In this document: positions 39,175-54,259 of the stretch, in pieces | How the letters are laid out: each line of letters starts with the position of its first letter | How positions within the stretch are numbered: the stretch's first letter is position 1 | Assembly (NCBI RefSeq): GCF_006345805.1 | Contig: NC_043006.1 | Span: 32,612,001-32,676,000 of the forward strand | Direction of reading: 5' to 3' | Source of the DNA: Octopus sinensis | Lineage: Eukaryota | Length of the DNA stretch: 64,000 nucleotides | Position numbers and translations under genes: made by a program | The notes under the pieces: model-generated | Databases searched by the model: none | What the model was told of the DNA's origin: nothing | Seen by the model: the letters and a program-made list of their open reading frames with translations, nothing else

Positions 39175-40154
39175 TATAATGATCGGCAATATTGCTAAGT
39201 AGTAATCACCCCACTTTACTTGAAGCTGATTGGATGATGATACTCCACTTTGTGCTCTAAACTCACGAGTAACAATTGCACATGCCACTGTACACACAAG
39301 CATTTCTATACACACGCATAGACACACACACTTACATATATTTCACGTTACGCTATGTCGACTTTGCCTGTCATCCTTTCGGGGTCGATAAATTAAGTAC
39401 CAGTTGTTAATTAAAATATATTTGCGACATATTTCAACATTTTAAGACAAATTCACTGCAGTTACCACGGAGAAAAATTCTCTCTTATAGTAAAAAAGGT
39501 GTAAAAATCATATCTGTCCAATATTGTTACCTATCGCATTCCCAGACATAGATCTTTGTAGCTTCTTAGCTGTTATCCCAAGAGTGCCTTTACATGAAGT
39601 ACATATAATGTTGATGCAGTTAAATCAAGCAATATAATACTTTTAGCCGAAAATAATTATCAATATATATTGAATATATAGCCGTAAGGGAGAGATATTT
39701 CTCAGCTTTTAATGAAAGATTATTCCCTTTATCAAACTTTGCATTTAATTATGCTGGATGTAAGAGTGTTTAGTCGTTATAGCAAGAAATGTGAACATAT
39801 CTTGGTCTTATGAAAACTGTGTCAATCATAGCCAAGTGAATGCCGAGTAGTCGCACGCCGACTGAGAGATTTATTGAAAAAGAGTGAGTTAAATTCATTG
39901 AGTGGATAATTTAAAATTATAACATTGGAAAATATCCTATGGCTGTCTTCTATATTATTTTCCCGAGTCATGGTTTTAAATTAACTCTTCATATCATCGA
40001 AGATTAATTATAAAGTGAATTCATGTTATAACACGTAACGTGATTTCATGTTAGAACATTGTTTCAAGTCCTGTCTCAAGAATATAACGTAATATATCGT
40101 TTCTGAGAATATCCATTTTTCATGTCTTCTTTTATGATTTACACAAGCATGTAT

Positions 40155-40550
40155 TCTCTTCTACTCTAGGCACAAGGCCCCAAATTTTTGGAGAAGGGGC
40201 CATTAGATTGACTCTTGTACGCAACTGGTACTAAATTTATCGACCCCGAAAAAAATGAAAGGCAAAGTCGACCTCGGCGGAATTTGAACTCAGAACGTAA
40301 AGACAGACGGAATACCTATTTCTTTACTACCCACAAGAGGCTAAACACAGAAGAGACAAACAAAGACAGACAAACGGATTAAGTCGATTATATCGATCCC
40401 AGTGCGTAACTGGTAATTATGTAATCGGCCTCGAAAGGATGAAAGGCAAAGTCAACCTCGGCGGAATTTGAACTAAGAACGTAATGGCAGGCGAAATATC
40501 TATTTCTTTACTACCCACAAGTGGCTAAACACAGACGAGACAAACAAGGA
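40155..40550 (-). mobile_element. Family D SINE, two tandem partial copies
   Basis: GAAAGGCAAAGTCGACCTCGGCGGAATTTGAACT occurs twice. Confidence 0.85.
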
Positions 40551-41823
40551 TTTAAATTCAATACATAAAAAAATCTTATCATCATCATTTAATGCTCAGG
40601 TTCATAGGTTTTGATGATGTGATTGTTTATTATTATTATTTATCGTTTCTGACAGCTCACCGCATTCTATATAGTGAAACTCCAAGCAATGAAGTGCTCA
40701 CGTTGTCAAAATTCTTTCATTTAGTATTACTAATGTATAATATTTTTCTAGGAACATCAGATTTCACCTGTCCTCAGCACAGGAAATAATTTGACAAATA
40801 TTAATCGTATCTCTCTTGTAACCACCTTGTACCAATTTTCTTAAGCTCTATTTCGTTTTCATTTATAGAACGGCTAAATATATCTAGATCACTATACATG
40901 GTGACGTTAATGGTGTCCTGTAGCTGATAGTTAATAAATGATTTTTTATTTAAAATTTATCAAAACGCGTTGTAGGATATATAGAAATCAGTCTTTTAAT
41001 AGACCTATATGTGTTAATCTTTCTTAAAAAAAATAAGATGGCAAAAAGAAAGGACCACATTTGGTGCCGAATAACTCGGAAGTATTAAAATTCAGTGTTC
41101 TCATAAAAGTATTTGAAACCGATAGATTCTATTTGTCGTTCGGAACCTCTTGATCTCAGTGACAGTCCTTAGAAAATTTGAAAGTAAATGTAATCGGAAA
41201 CTTGAAGAGTGCCTATGCACGCGATCACATTAGGCAATATCAATTAAAAAGTTATAATGCATTAATTAACCAGCTAGTTATAATGTTTTAAGAAAACATG
41301 AAATATGCTAGAGAGAATAATGATTCGAATTGAAGAAAATTTCTTATCTTGTATCTTCATGGAGAGTTTGGTTCTTCTTTGATTTACAAAGTACAGAGAT
41401 GTCATATGAGATGTTATTAGTTGTTTGGTAAAATTATGATCCATAAGTCAAACACGCAAGGGATACTTAGCTAAATTTAATGTAATAAAAAAAAACCTGT
41501 TCACGTAGAAAAATGATACAAAACGATGTAATACTCGATAATATATCTTCAAAAGTGAATCTATTTCAACATCTAAGTAAATGTTATAAAATTCCAAAAG
41601 ATATTCTAATGAATACATTAAAGCTTTTATCAGATTTTAAACATAACACTCGGTAAATTGGCTGTGTTTTGAGAGAGTACAGTAGAAAAAACTTGCAATA
41701 TTCAGTCAAATCGTTTGCACTCTGTGACCAATTTTTGCGTTTCCTTCGAGCTAGGGGTCAATATACAATGTATTAGACCGAAACACCGAAATAGTGGATT
41801 CGTTAAGGCATCAGACGAGATGA

Positions 41824-41891
<68 letters not shown>

Positions 41892-41989
41892 CGTTGTTGT
41901 TGTTGCTTCTGTTGTTGTTGTTGCTGCTGCTGCTGCTGTTGTTGTTGTTGTTGTTATTATTATTATTATCATTATTATTATTATTCTGA

Positions 41990-42965
41990 AAGACTCACGG
42001 ATAATTGTTAATTATCGGTTAATTTTTATTTGAAAGCGGGCAATAACAAATCACCAAAGGTTTCAAGTAGTGCCTTCTCCTGTGACTCAAAGAGACAATA
42101 CTCTCCTTAGAATGCGAGCTGCACACAATAATTCTGTCTTCTGGATCACCTCGAGCCTGGTAGCAGCTCCAATATTCTTAATATGTTTTTCAAAGCCCGT
42201 GGAAACAGCTCCTAATGCTCCAATTACCACCGGTATCACCATTACTTTCCGCATGCCCCATAACTTTCCTATCTCGTCTCGCAGTGGCTGGTATTTCTTA
42301 ATATTTACTGTTTCCTTACATTTCACCCTCGAATCGCCTGGTATTGCAACATCTATTATCTTTAATTCTTTTTCATCTTTATGGATGAGCACGATATCTG
42401 GTCGTCTCGCCTCTATGACTTGGTCGCACTTCATGTTAAAGTCTCGGTATTTTTTTAACATTCGTTTTCCATTACACCCCTTGGCATGTCGTTCATACCG
42501 TTGTTCGGCTCTCTCGAGGTTTACTTTACCGCACAACAGCCAGTAGACTTATCTGGCAACACGGTATGTCTCCTTTTGTATTCGCGTTGTGCGAGCTTAC
42601 AGCACTCACTAACAATATAGCTTATACTTTCTCCCTTCTCAGAGCACATCCTACACTGTGGCGAGTCAGTGCTTTTATCAATGTGCTATTTGGAGTACTT
42701 TGTTCCGAGAGCTTGTTATTGAGCCCTGCAGACTAATGCCTCAGTGGACCCTTTTAAGTCTCCTTTCTACACTTATTGCCAGGCTCTACTCCAATCAGTC
42801 TTTATTCTTCAAGAACTGACTGTGCATTTTCTTTTTCCCGCCAAAATTTCTTCATCTGCTCTCTTTAGTCTTTCTTCAATTGTGCTGGATCTACGGCATT
42901 GTTCACTTTTAAGGTTCCCTGCATTTTCACTGCTTCAACATTCCTTTTTTACCCAATCATATCTT
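41990..42965 (-). mobile_element. R4/Dong-like LINE 3' portion flanked by (AAT)n on both sides
   Basis: ORF 42087..42536 RRPDIVLIHK...IIDVAIPGD...IPVVIGALG...IQKTELLCAARILRRVLSL; CRMCSEKG knuckle; trinucleotide tracts at 41824-41985 and 42970-43190. Confidence 0.9.
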
Positions 42966-43000
42966 CTTTAATAATAATAATAATATAATAATAATAATAA

Positions 43001-43061
<61 letters not shown>

Positions 43062-43088
43062 AATAACAACAACAACAACAACAACAAC

Positions 43089-43166
<78 letters not shown>

Positions 43167-43289
43167 CATCATCATCATCATCATTATTAATAGTGTTGAT
43201 ATTATTTTGGCATAAATGGAGGCAACTAAATTGAAAATGTGCCTATAAGTCATCTAGTTACATCCCTACAAAAATCTGTAAAACTTCCC

Positions 43290-43590
43290 AGAAGTTTAGT
43301 CTAGACATGCAACTATACGCATGAGAATATATACATAAAACAAAACATATAAATCTGCACATAACAATATATACAAAAATACCTTGCTCATGGTGTTGAA
43401 ATTCCAATGAAGGAGCCTTGAATCTGTGTTAGAAACTGGTTCTTTTTCTATTGGCAAGAAATCTTGAAATTGAACTATGACATACATACATACATACATA
43501 CATACATACATACATACATACATACATGCATGCATGCATGCATACATACATACATACATACATACATACATACATACATACATACATAGA
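43290..43590 (+). mobile_element. Isolated 3' UTR of the (CATA)n-associated LINE family with (CATA)n tail
   Basis: GAAATTCCAATGAAGGAGCC...CTATTGGCAAGAAATCTTGAA homologous to 10150-10230 and 11860-11940 (reversed). Confidence 0.75.
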
Positions 43591-43705
43591 GCTGGAACAA
43601 TGCAAGATTGAGACTGAGGGACTTGTAAAATAGAGTAGAAGTTATGTTACAGACGGATTTCATATAAATTATAATAATAATAATAATGGTAGTCGTTATT
43701 GTGTG

Positions 43706-43812
<107 letters not shown>

Positions 43813-44078
43813 TGTGTATGTGTGTGTTTGTGTGTGTGTGTGCGTTGGTTAACAACTGATGATTCCTTGGGTCGCTACCCAGTCGTTCTTACCACTTGTG
43901 CAGGAATTTCGACAGAATGATCTACAGAACATATGAAATCATAGACGAAGGGAAAGAAAAATATGATGATGGAAATGAATTCCAGAGAGTATCAGTTCAA
44001 GAGAAAAATCTATTGAAATAAAAGATTGTTCTTTTGCACAAACAAATATACATTGTATTGCAATATTATAAATAGATA

Positions 44079-44573
44079 GGCGTAGGAGTGGCAGTGTGGT
44101 AAGTAGCTTGCTTACGAATCAGATGATTCCGGGTTCAGTCCCACTACGTGGCACCTTGGGCAAGTGTCTTCTACTGTAGCTTCGAGCCGACCGAAGCCTT
44201 GTGAGTGAATTTGGTAAACGGAAATTGAAAGAAGCCCGTCGTATATATATATATATATAATATATATATATATATGTGTGTGTGTGTGGGTGTGTGTGGT
44301 GTGTGTGTATGTGTGTGTGTTTGTGTGTGTGTCTGTGTGTGTGTTTGTGTGTGTGTGTGTGTTTGTATTTGCGTGTCTTTGTTTGTCTCCCCAACATCGC
44401 TTGACAACCGATGGTGGTGTGTTTACGTCCGCGTAACTTAGCGGTTCGACAAAAGAGACCGATACAATAAGTACTAGGCTTACAAAGAATAAATACTGGG
44501 GTCGATTTGCTCGACTAAAAGCGGTGCTTCAGCATGGCCACAGTGATATGACTGAAACAAGTAGAAGAGTAAA
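44079..44573 (+). mobile_element. Family A SINE, full length with expanded internal microsatellite
   Basis: GGCGTAGGAGTGGCAGTGTGGTAAG head to GACTGAAACAAGTAGAAGAGT tail. Confidence 0.9.
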
Positions 44574-45529
44574 TAGATAATATATGTTAAGGCTTGGAAA
44601 TGATGGTATCACAAAGGCAGGTGGTGGCGGCAGATATTTAAATCGAAGTCATATCATTGTGTGTTAGAAAACCGAATGAGTGAGTTATTACTATTCCACG
44701 TCTAGGTTTTAATCTCTTTAATTTATAATCTTGAGAGAATTTTCATTCATGACCAATAGCATGCAGGAAAGGAAGACTTCATTTCTTAGTGTGACTAGAA
44801 CTTACTGCCTGTTATTTGCAGGAAATATTGTATAGTGCTCTACTTTATCACCATTAATGTCATTTGGCGAAAAGGGTATTTCATTTTCTACATCCATATT
44901 TAATGTTAATTCATTTTCATATTTTAGCATTTATCATTCATGACACAGACTATTGCAATTATTTCATTTTCTCCCTCTGCTACCGTCAGAAAATTCGACA
45001 AATAAAGTTATTTGAAAAGGTTTGTTGTAACTAGAAAGGTACGTATGGCAAAACTGGTGAATATCCATTTATATTTATTCATACATAAAACTATAATATA
45101 AGCATCTGATAATGTTCAGGGACTATTTTTTTTAATATTTCAAAAATTGACGATTTTCGTGAAGTTGATGATTTAAATCAGAAAGAAATTTATTACCTGC
45201 AGGTTTCTTAAGTTGATAAATCAGCACAATGGATTTCAGGATATAAAAAAAAAGCAAAACAAAACAAAAAAAAGAAAATATTAACAACAAAAAAACCCAA
45301 CCAAACAAACAAAAAAATACAATGAAAATATACATTGCTGTGATTTATGAAATGGTGGGAGATCTCCAAATCAAATGAAAAATGTTATCCGATATAAATG
45401 AAACAAAGGTTTCAACGTCAGAAAACTTATGAATTTTTTACAAACATTTTCTATGGATGTTCTGTTACTGTGTTTAAATGGTTATATTGTTTTCTATCTA
45501 CGAACAAAATAATAATGATAATAATAATG

Positions 45530-45613
<84 letters not shown>

Positions 45614-45735
45614 CATCCTACGCAGAACATATTCCATACAATTACCATCAGAGCATCATAACAAATCACAGCACATACCCAAGGCACGCAGAGCTGCGTT
45701 CGGCTGTGAAGTGAAAGCACGCTATTAAAATAATG

Positions 45736-45778
<43 letters not shown>

Positions 45779-46681
45779 TAATAATAATAATAATAATAAT
45801 AATATAGATTACATACATAAAATATTTCAAATGCTGCAGTCAACTTTCAAAAGCCCTCAAAATACATTTTACTTTACCATACGAGGCACTTGACATTGGA
45901 GATTAAACGGAATTTTAAAACAGTTTTCTCTCTTCTCTGAAGAGAGAAGCGAATTTAAGAAAAGAAGCTCATCTTATTAAAATGGATGAATGTAAAGTTA
46001 AGAAAACTTTGTCGTATTTATGTTGTCGTTACTTACGAGGAAAGGCGATATGAGTATAAAGCCTTAGCAGGATGGTTTGTCTCCCTTGGAGAAAATCAGC
46101 CAAATAACCGATTATAATTATCTTACTATACAACGTGATTTCTGAGTAGGCTAATAGCGGCAGTCTTTTGATAGAAAATATATTTGTTGAATTATAAAGG
46201 TTTTCCTCAGATACATAGTTACGTGTGTATATATATATCTGTACATATATACATATGAGATACAGATAGAGAAATAATTTTATTTTCAAACGCAGGATAA
46301 TACTAATAATATAGCATGAACAGGATAAACTATCCATATTTTGCAGAAAAAATTGTCGACGGCCGGTCATGAGATTCGAACTCACATCTCTGTGATTACG
46401 CGTGAAGTGATTTACCATTAATCTAAACTACCTTCTGTAAATTTAGGATATATAAATCTAGCTTTATAAGACGCTATCATACATTAAATTCAACTTACGT
46501 TGAAAGTCAACAAATAAAATTTGCTTTAGAAGCGTTCAGATAAGGAAATAATTTTATTCTCAAACGTAGGATAATGCTAATAATAATAATGATGATGATA
46601 ATAATATTAATAATAATAATAATTATTATTATTATTATTATTATGATAATAATAAAAATAAAAATAATAATAATAATAATA

Positions 46682-46716
<35 letters not shown>

Positions 46717-46969
46717 TATATAAACTTTTTCAAAAAATATATTTGTTCATTTCCTCGCTTCCAGTGTGTGTGTATATGTGATAAAGTATTTTAGAACCAT
46801 TTGGCGTGTCTCCTAGCGTGTGACATTACCACGCAATTGCTCTTACAATAATTAAATAAATATATTTATAAAATTATATATGTTGTATTAAATTTTACCT
46901 TAATTGATTTTTGCACGCGAGCTATCTCATAAAATCCTATATAGATTTTATCCTTAATTTTAATTGATG

Positions 46970-47027
<58 letters not shown>

Positions 47028-47106
47028 TACTATGTTCCGTTGGATCAACAAAGTACTTCATCCAGTGAGAAAGGAATATTAAATATACATAATATTTAAA
47101 TTTGAA

Positions 47107-47144
47107 CTTCGACGTTTCATGCCTTCGAATTATTATTCAGCAAA
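47107..47144 (-). ncRNA. Possibly decayed minimal HHR
   Basis: CTGAATA-ATAATTCGAAGGCAT-GAAA-CG-TC-GAAG; 3' half intact, core and stem II 5' strand degenerate. Confidence 0.25.
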
Positions 47145-49529
47145 CATAATTATTCAGTAAATAATTATTGTCTCCAATGCACATGGTTACTAGGAGCCTG
47201 GTCTACGAGAAAACTCGAGACATCATGAGAAAGTTGAGTCAAAAAGTAGAATGAGAAGACAAAACTTAAATAACAACAGAAAAAAGAACAGAAAGTTAAG
47301 GCTTCCACTCCCTTTGTCCGTCAAAATTATAATTAATCTAGCTAGTGTAGAATGCAGGAACTTTGGCCGAAGTCACAGAAGTGTTGACCCCAGACAATGT
47401 AATCGAAAAGCAAAATTACGTCGGTTAATGCGAAGGTAATTTTAAAATTGATATGCAAGCTAAATATCTTCTTTCCGACAAATTGACAAAAATAAATCCA
47501 CTATGTTGGCTATCCCTGTAGGGGATCTGATGACTGCCAAGATATACAATCAAGTGGAACATCGTGGAGAAATCTACACTATTTGTAAATGGGTTAAAGA
47601 AATGCAAGCTATGTGTACCTGAAAGAGAGGGAACATTTTTTAGATTCAAGAATTCCATGTCATAACTTAATTCCAGATCCGAAATGTCTATCTGGAGGAG
47701 AACATTTTCTCTGGATTCATTAGCTTCCTCGCAGACTTTGGCGACCTCCACAAAGAATTATTCTATACCATTAAATAAAAGATGAAAATAGCTAACAAAT
47801 GTGCATTTAATCTGCTGGAAATATAAACTGCAAAAGGGCTTTCTCCTTCAGAATATATCCTCTCATTTGAAGTACATTGGAAATTTAACTGAAACACAGA
47901 GTTCTATTCTATTGATGGGAAGGAATCTATAGGGACGATATGCTAAATTCTGCTGACTTTGATCTGAAAAGAATGATGTTTTCAAAAAAGAAAGGGTTTC
48001 AGTGTTTGGTTTAATATAGCCAAAATAGCTGAAGGTTTATTGGTCTCTCATTGGCCTCATTGAAACTTATAATAATAGGGTAAATTCTAATAAGGCACTT
48101 CTAGCATGAGGATCCCAATGGGGTTACAACGTTCACATTCTAGATGTCTAATGAAAATGAACAGCTACATAAAACAGAATGAAACAAAAAGGAAATGTAC
48201 AAGCTACATGGGAATACAAATCGTGAGTGGGTAAAGTAGTCAACGGAATAGATATCATGAATGCCTGAGCAGAGTAAATGTAGAAATGTCTAACGGCTGA
48301 TTACGCCAAAAGTGTCCAATATTTATATGTGATGTGTAAAAACAATGTGAGTATTTGTGTATGTGGTCAAGCGTGCAAGCGTGTCTGAGTCTATATGACG
48401 CGCGCGCGCGCGCGTGTGTGTGTGCAAGAGTGTCAGTAAGTTTCTATAATGCATGCGCAAGGTGAAGTGTGGTTTGTAACTGTGCAGTTGTGTTTAAAAA
48501 ACGCAAATGCATCTGTACAACAAAAATATGGTATGCGAGCAGTTTTAACAAAATATTTCAAACCAGTTCTTCTGCAGAGAGTGAAAGATCAACGATATTA
48601 GTAATTTCACAAACATAAGTAAATAGCTTCCGATGATGCCATTGTGTGTTCTACTTGTATACTAATTTGTGGGTCAAGCTAAAAAGTATTCGTGGTATAT
48701 TGTATAAACTGGTAGCTACAAAAGTTTTCGTCACCCAGCAGAATAATTGTGTAATTTCTCAGTCACTGCTGAATTGTGCGACGCTGAAAGAGTGCGGTGG
48801 GGGAATGCTGGATTTTCATGTTTCATTGTTCAGTTACATCACCTCTTCGAAATGATGATTTTGTTGGTTTGAGAGAGATAATTCATAATTCGTAAATAAC
48901 CCAGCGTATTTCTCTCTGTTGGAGTCGCTGGTGTTATGTTTCGAGTTTTTAAAACTATGATTCAGATTGCGGAGGAATAAAGGGTCCCGTTACAAGCGCA
49001 TGGCTGCCTGAAAAGCCGATATAATTGATATCGTCATGGTCACAGCAGAACGTCAGACCAAAGAGGGAATATTTTGTTGGTGGTAGAAGCAATTAAAAAA
49101 CAAAACAGCTTGAGCGATAGTATGGGTAACCAGCATAGAGCAATGTATAATATTTTACCAAACTACTTAGCGTATCCTGTGCTATTCAGCCGAAAACATA
49201 CCTGCTCTATAGTCGTTGAACGCCAAATCTACAAAATATCGAACTCGCAATGATAACATAATTGAGTTACTAATGAGCTTTTCCAGGTGCCACCAAGAAC
49301 TAGACATCAATCAATCCAGGATCACAATAATTAAACGCATTCCAACAGCGGATTTATTTCTAACCGTAAAAGCAGGTCAAAACTGGACAGAAATGCAAAG
49401 AGTGGAAATAGGCCATTCATCTTTAAAAGATTAATATCTGAGTAAACAACGTTCTCTCCATCACCGTCAATACATTTCCTAATCGTTGTCATCATTGACA
49501 CCACCATTTCCGTCGCCATCCGCCTATTC

Positions 49530-49557
49530 ATCATCATTACCACCGTCATCGTTGTCG

Positions 49558-49588
<31 letters not shown>

Positions 49589-49598
49589 TATTATCATC

Positions 49599-49652
<54 letters not shown>

Positions 49653-49735
49653 GCCATAATCATCATCGTCGTCATCATCGTCATCATCATCATCGTCATC
49701 GTCATCATCGCTCTCCTCCTCCTCATCATCATCAC
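49530..49735. repeat. (CAT)n/(CGT)n imperfect microsatellite
   Basis: direct inspection. Confidence 0.95.
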
Positions 49736-51239
49736 TTTGATCGATTTATTTCTCCCTCCCTCTCTGTTTTAGACAATCTGTCTTTAAATTCCGCAGAAAG
49801 AACTTACTATGGCAACTATGCATTCCGCAATTCCCTTGAAGCAGTTGATGTTACCTTCGCAATAAATTGTTATCTGAGAAAGAGTCAAAGAAAACCACAC
49901 AAACACCTATATACAAAGTCAAAGTCATTATTTATGATAATTCTTATAAAAGTCTCCCTTCGTAGTTTAGTCACAAAATGAAATAAAGTAAATTCCATGA
50001 CATGTTAAATATATATTTATTAACAAGTTGCGATGTACAACATGAATAAATAAAGTTAAGAGTGGAAGACATTGACACATACGTTCATTTTTGCAATGTC
50101 ACATTTGTTATTCATTTGTTATTCCAGCATGGCCGCAGTCAAATGACTGATACAAGTAAAAGAATAAAAGAAAAGCAAACATGAAGCAGAGATGGTTCGC
50201 CTGGAGCTTATATAAGTTCGCGAATGTTTTCTCATTTAGCTTAACATATTTACTTGATGAAAGCACCAGGAAATATAAATGGATAACAGTCGAATGCATT
50301 CTGCTGCCTTTGATAATGAAAGATAACAAATCGTAATGACTGCCCCCAGGTTCTGTCGGAACGGAGCTCAAAGGTGCTAAAATGACAAGGGAGGGGGTTT
50401 GTTAGGTTAGGGTTTATATTGTATAAACAGCAATCACTATTGGTTTCATATTTAGCCAAATATAACCGCAGGGAAATAACGGACCATTAAAAATACCCCC
50501 AAGTCTATGAATACCTGAAAAAGGTTGTTTCCTTTAGACTGCTGGGAAACTGCAATCGATAAACATTAATTCCAAAGAGATAAGATCGAAAAGCGAATGA
50601 CTTACTGACAGGCTTCGATAACAGAAATGGCGAATCAGCCAACAGACCGACAGGAAATATATTAAATATGCAAGTGCTATGCGTAAGCTGAGTGGATCGG
50701 CATGGTGTATGTAGAATAATGTGGGACTATGTATGTGCAAGAGGACAAGTGAGGGAGGGGGGCACTGAGCGTATCGAAGTGCCTTATGTAACTGCTTCTC
50801 TTTCATATCAATATTGTAGAATAGGTTTTAACCCTTAAACGTCCGGAAAGAGTTGCGTGAATGTGTGTGCCAATTGGGCAAAAAAACAAAAATAAAATCT
50901 CTTTTTCTTATGATTGTCTGCAAGTTGGAAATCCCGAATGTAAAAGATTAATCCTTTGCAAAGATAAATAAGGTCCAGAAAGCCATTTTAAGGGCTACAT
51001 TTTTCTCGGTGCCTCTCAAAAGTAAACTCGAGCCATCCTATGGTGAGTCAATGAGTTAATGTTTTTTGAACAGAAAATATTTTTCTCAATGTTGTGAAGG
51101 CTAACAGTAGACAGAAATGTAAACATGAAAATTAACGAGCCATGTTTGTACCGAAATGTCTGCGGAGGCAATTAATACTATCTTCATAAACATCAGTTGC
51201 AACACCATCGACATCGTTGCTATTCTTAACCTCAGTGTA

Positions 51240-51258
51240 GAGTAATAGTAGTAGCAGA

Positions 51259-51326
<68 letters not shown>

Positions 51327-51352
51327 CATTATTATTATCATTATTATTATTA

Positions 51353-51387
<35 letters not shown>

Positions 51388-51473
51388 TATTATTATTATT
51401 ATTATTATTATCATTATTATCATTGTCATTATTATTATTATTATTATTATCATTATTATTACCATTATTATTA

Positions 51474-51516
<43 letters not shown>
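51240..51516. repeat. (TTA)n microsatellite
   Basis: direct inspection. Confidence 0.95.
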
Positions 51517-52595
51517 GCTCCTCACCACCACCACCGTCATTGATTTCTCTCCCTCTGTCCTGGTGCTCTCTTGTTAAATTCAACAGAAATAGCTCACCAT
51601 GGCAGTAATCCATATTACAATTCCTTCTACATCTTGAATTTTGTTCTTTAACAATCTGAATTTTCGAACATTGATTAAATGAGTTGGACGAATATAACGT
51701 ACTGTGGAAAATAATTTTCTGCTGTCTGGAGTCAAATCTTGAAGAATAAAACAGGAAATAACTTCTGCATAGATGTTTCATTTGTGTGCCATTTATTCTC
51801 GCAAATAGATTATTGCATGGAAGCTAAAACGGGGACAGAAAATAAAAGGTAACATATAGGTATTTATTCTGATGGAAAAATAGATGGTTTCTCGTTCAGT
51901 TTAAACAGATCGCTTGTTGAAGACGTTTGTTAAAGCCACTTGAAAATGTGTGTGAACAACGGCTGCTTCAATTTTGTTAGTTGACTATGTTAATTTTTCA
52001 TAGGAAATTGTAGCGGGAGATTGCGACATTTTATCGAGTTGGCTATCAAAAAGTTTAAAATGCAAAGCGTGAGAATTTCCTTGGATTTGACTTGGTGGAC
52101 ACATATTTTCTTATGTTTGCAAATAAAACCTAAAAGAAAAAAAACGAACCACAAAACGTATATTTGCTGCATGAAAGCCTGAACGAAATTCAATGATAAT
52201 TGTCATATACTAAGCGACTAGGATAGCGCAAATGCTAAATCGACTTGCAGACAAACAGAACATATATGATTTAGCTATGCACAAAATGCAAGCGATGACA
52301 CTGCATTATGTGATAGATAGAGTATGAGTGAGTTTGTGTGTTGCGTATAAGAAAATGCAATTGAATCTGCGCGTTACATACTCAAAATTCAAGTGGGGTT
52401 CACATGCATTACAAGCATGTACAAATTTCAGATGAATCTGCATGGCAAGTACGATGTATGCTTTGGCTCAATATTCTTATAGCTGGTTTCATTCATAAGA
52501 ATGCGGTCGTCGTCAAGAACCGCGTTGAGAAGCTTAGTCGATCGTATCCTTCTTGCTGCTCCTTTGACGTCTTGCATCTCATTTTATCGATGCTA

Positions 52596-52639
52596 CGTAC
52601 GGACCCAGGTTTCAAGGTATTTGCCTATCGTCAACGTGT
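52596..52639 (-). ncRNA. Type I HHR, inverted copy
   Basis: ACG-TTGACGA-TAGG(CAAATA)CCTT-GAAA-CCTGGG-TC-CGT. Confidence 0.6.
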
Positions 52640-52643
52640 CTGC

Positions 52644-52688
52644 CATACGTTGACGATAGGCAAATGCCTTGAAACCTGGGTCCGTATG
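52644..52688 (+). ncRNA. Type I HHR (U3 core), homolog of 32640
   Basis: CATACG-TTGACGA-TAGG(CAAATG)CCTT-GAAA-CCTGGG-TC-CGTATG; GUC cleavage after 52682. Confidence 0.8.
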
Positions 52689-52902
52689 TGGCATCCGCTT
52701 CTTCGGGAAATGATCTCCCTTTGCAGGATAGAGGACACCGTGATGGTGTCAGCCTATCTGGTGACGTTGATGATCGCCTGGGGCTAAATACATCAGCAAC
52801 ACCCCCACCGCCCTGCCCTGTCCCTAGCCACATTCAAATGGCTAATGTCCCTTATGTGATGGAGCAGTTACTGTCTATATCTCGTTTAGAGAATTATTAT
52901 TG

Positions 52903-52957
<55 letters not shown>

Positions 52958-53883
52958 ATATACATATACATATACATACACACATATGTGTGTTCTTTTG
53001 TGTTTCATGTACCACCGCAAAGTACACTTCCTCTGTTATTCTGCAGTCAGAAGAAGTCAAAGTTCCGAAACAGCAAACAAACAGCTTTTTCCTAAAAGGT
53101 TGTGAAAACAGAATAAAAGTGAACAAAAATGTTTAGAATGGAAATTAACAAGTCGTGAATAGGGGATAATGATTGTACAAGCAATTAACATTGTCAGTGT
53201 ATTCTTCCATTTCTCCTTCACCACCTCCGCCTCTCATTTCCTTTCCATTTCCGTATTATCATTCCCAATACCATTATGATTATCATGGTCGTCTTTGCCG
53301 AATCATGGTCGTCTTTGCCGCCGCCGCCACCACCACCACAGCCGTCATTGTCATCATCGTTGTTGTCATCGTTGCCATCATCATCATCTTCGTCGTCGTC
53401 GACGTCGTCATCATCATCATCATCATCATCATCAACTTCGTTCGTTTCATTTCCCTCCGCAGCCCTGTTTTTTATCGTGGTAAGTTCAATATAGATAGGT
53501 TCCTGCAGATAGTATAACAAAACGCATTACTTAATGAGAACGATCTAGGCAAAACGCTCGCACACACACACACGCGCACACGCACACACACACACACACA
53601 AATATATATATACACACACAGAGACAAGCATCTGCTCAACCTTGGACATCATCTTAACGATTACAAATGTTTTTGTTGATAGTTTTTTTTTTTCCAGAAA
53701 CAGAATCAATTTAAAGAAAACAAGTATATGACATCTTAAATATTATTTTTCTTTTTGCTGTATCATATTAAGATAATCAGCATTCAGGAGAAAGTTGAGA
53801 GTCTATGATGTGCTGTTGCAGAAAGTGAAGAGACGCATGTTCTTCCCTCGAAGATCAAATGCTTATATCAGTAAATTTGATTA

Positions 53884-54087
53884 CAGTAATTCCTCGTCAT
53901 ACTGCTGTTCACCTATCGCGCACTCAGTACATCGCGGATTTTTGGTGCTAATTTATGTAAATTTATATCGCGGTCTCCTCAGTATATCCGGGATTCTGCG
54001 GCCGATAGGTATTTATATTTATTACATAATGATTATTTCTGTGGGAAGTTTTGGAACGTAACACCCGCGAGAGTCGAGGGATTACTG
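53884..54087. mobile_element. pogo/Tigger-like MITE
   Basis: TIR CAGTAATTCCTCG / CGAGGGATTACTG; TA on the left, TG on the right (decayed TA TSD); internal ACCTATCG/CGATAGGT inverted pair. Confidence 0.7.
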
Positions 54088-54259
54088 TGTTCCAAAGCAT
54101 CATTTAAAGCGACTGAAATACGTTTCACCAGAGCGCCTAGCTGTGAAAAAATTAAAATGTAAACATATTCCTTTGAAATGCAGTTCTATATTTAAGAGAT
54201 GAGGAATTATGTACATTATTTACATTTGACGGATAGTTGTCCTCATCTTGTTTGCTGTC

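Noticed and set aside
47425-47751. 108-aa non-repetitive ORF with a vague transposon-like PSLSGTHSLHFF segment
   Set aside because: Similarity is too slight to assign a family without a search
50398-50415. GTTAGGTTAGGG telomere-like motif
   Set aside because: Only two units
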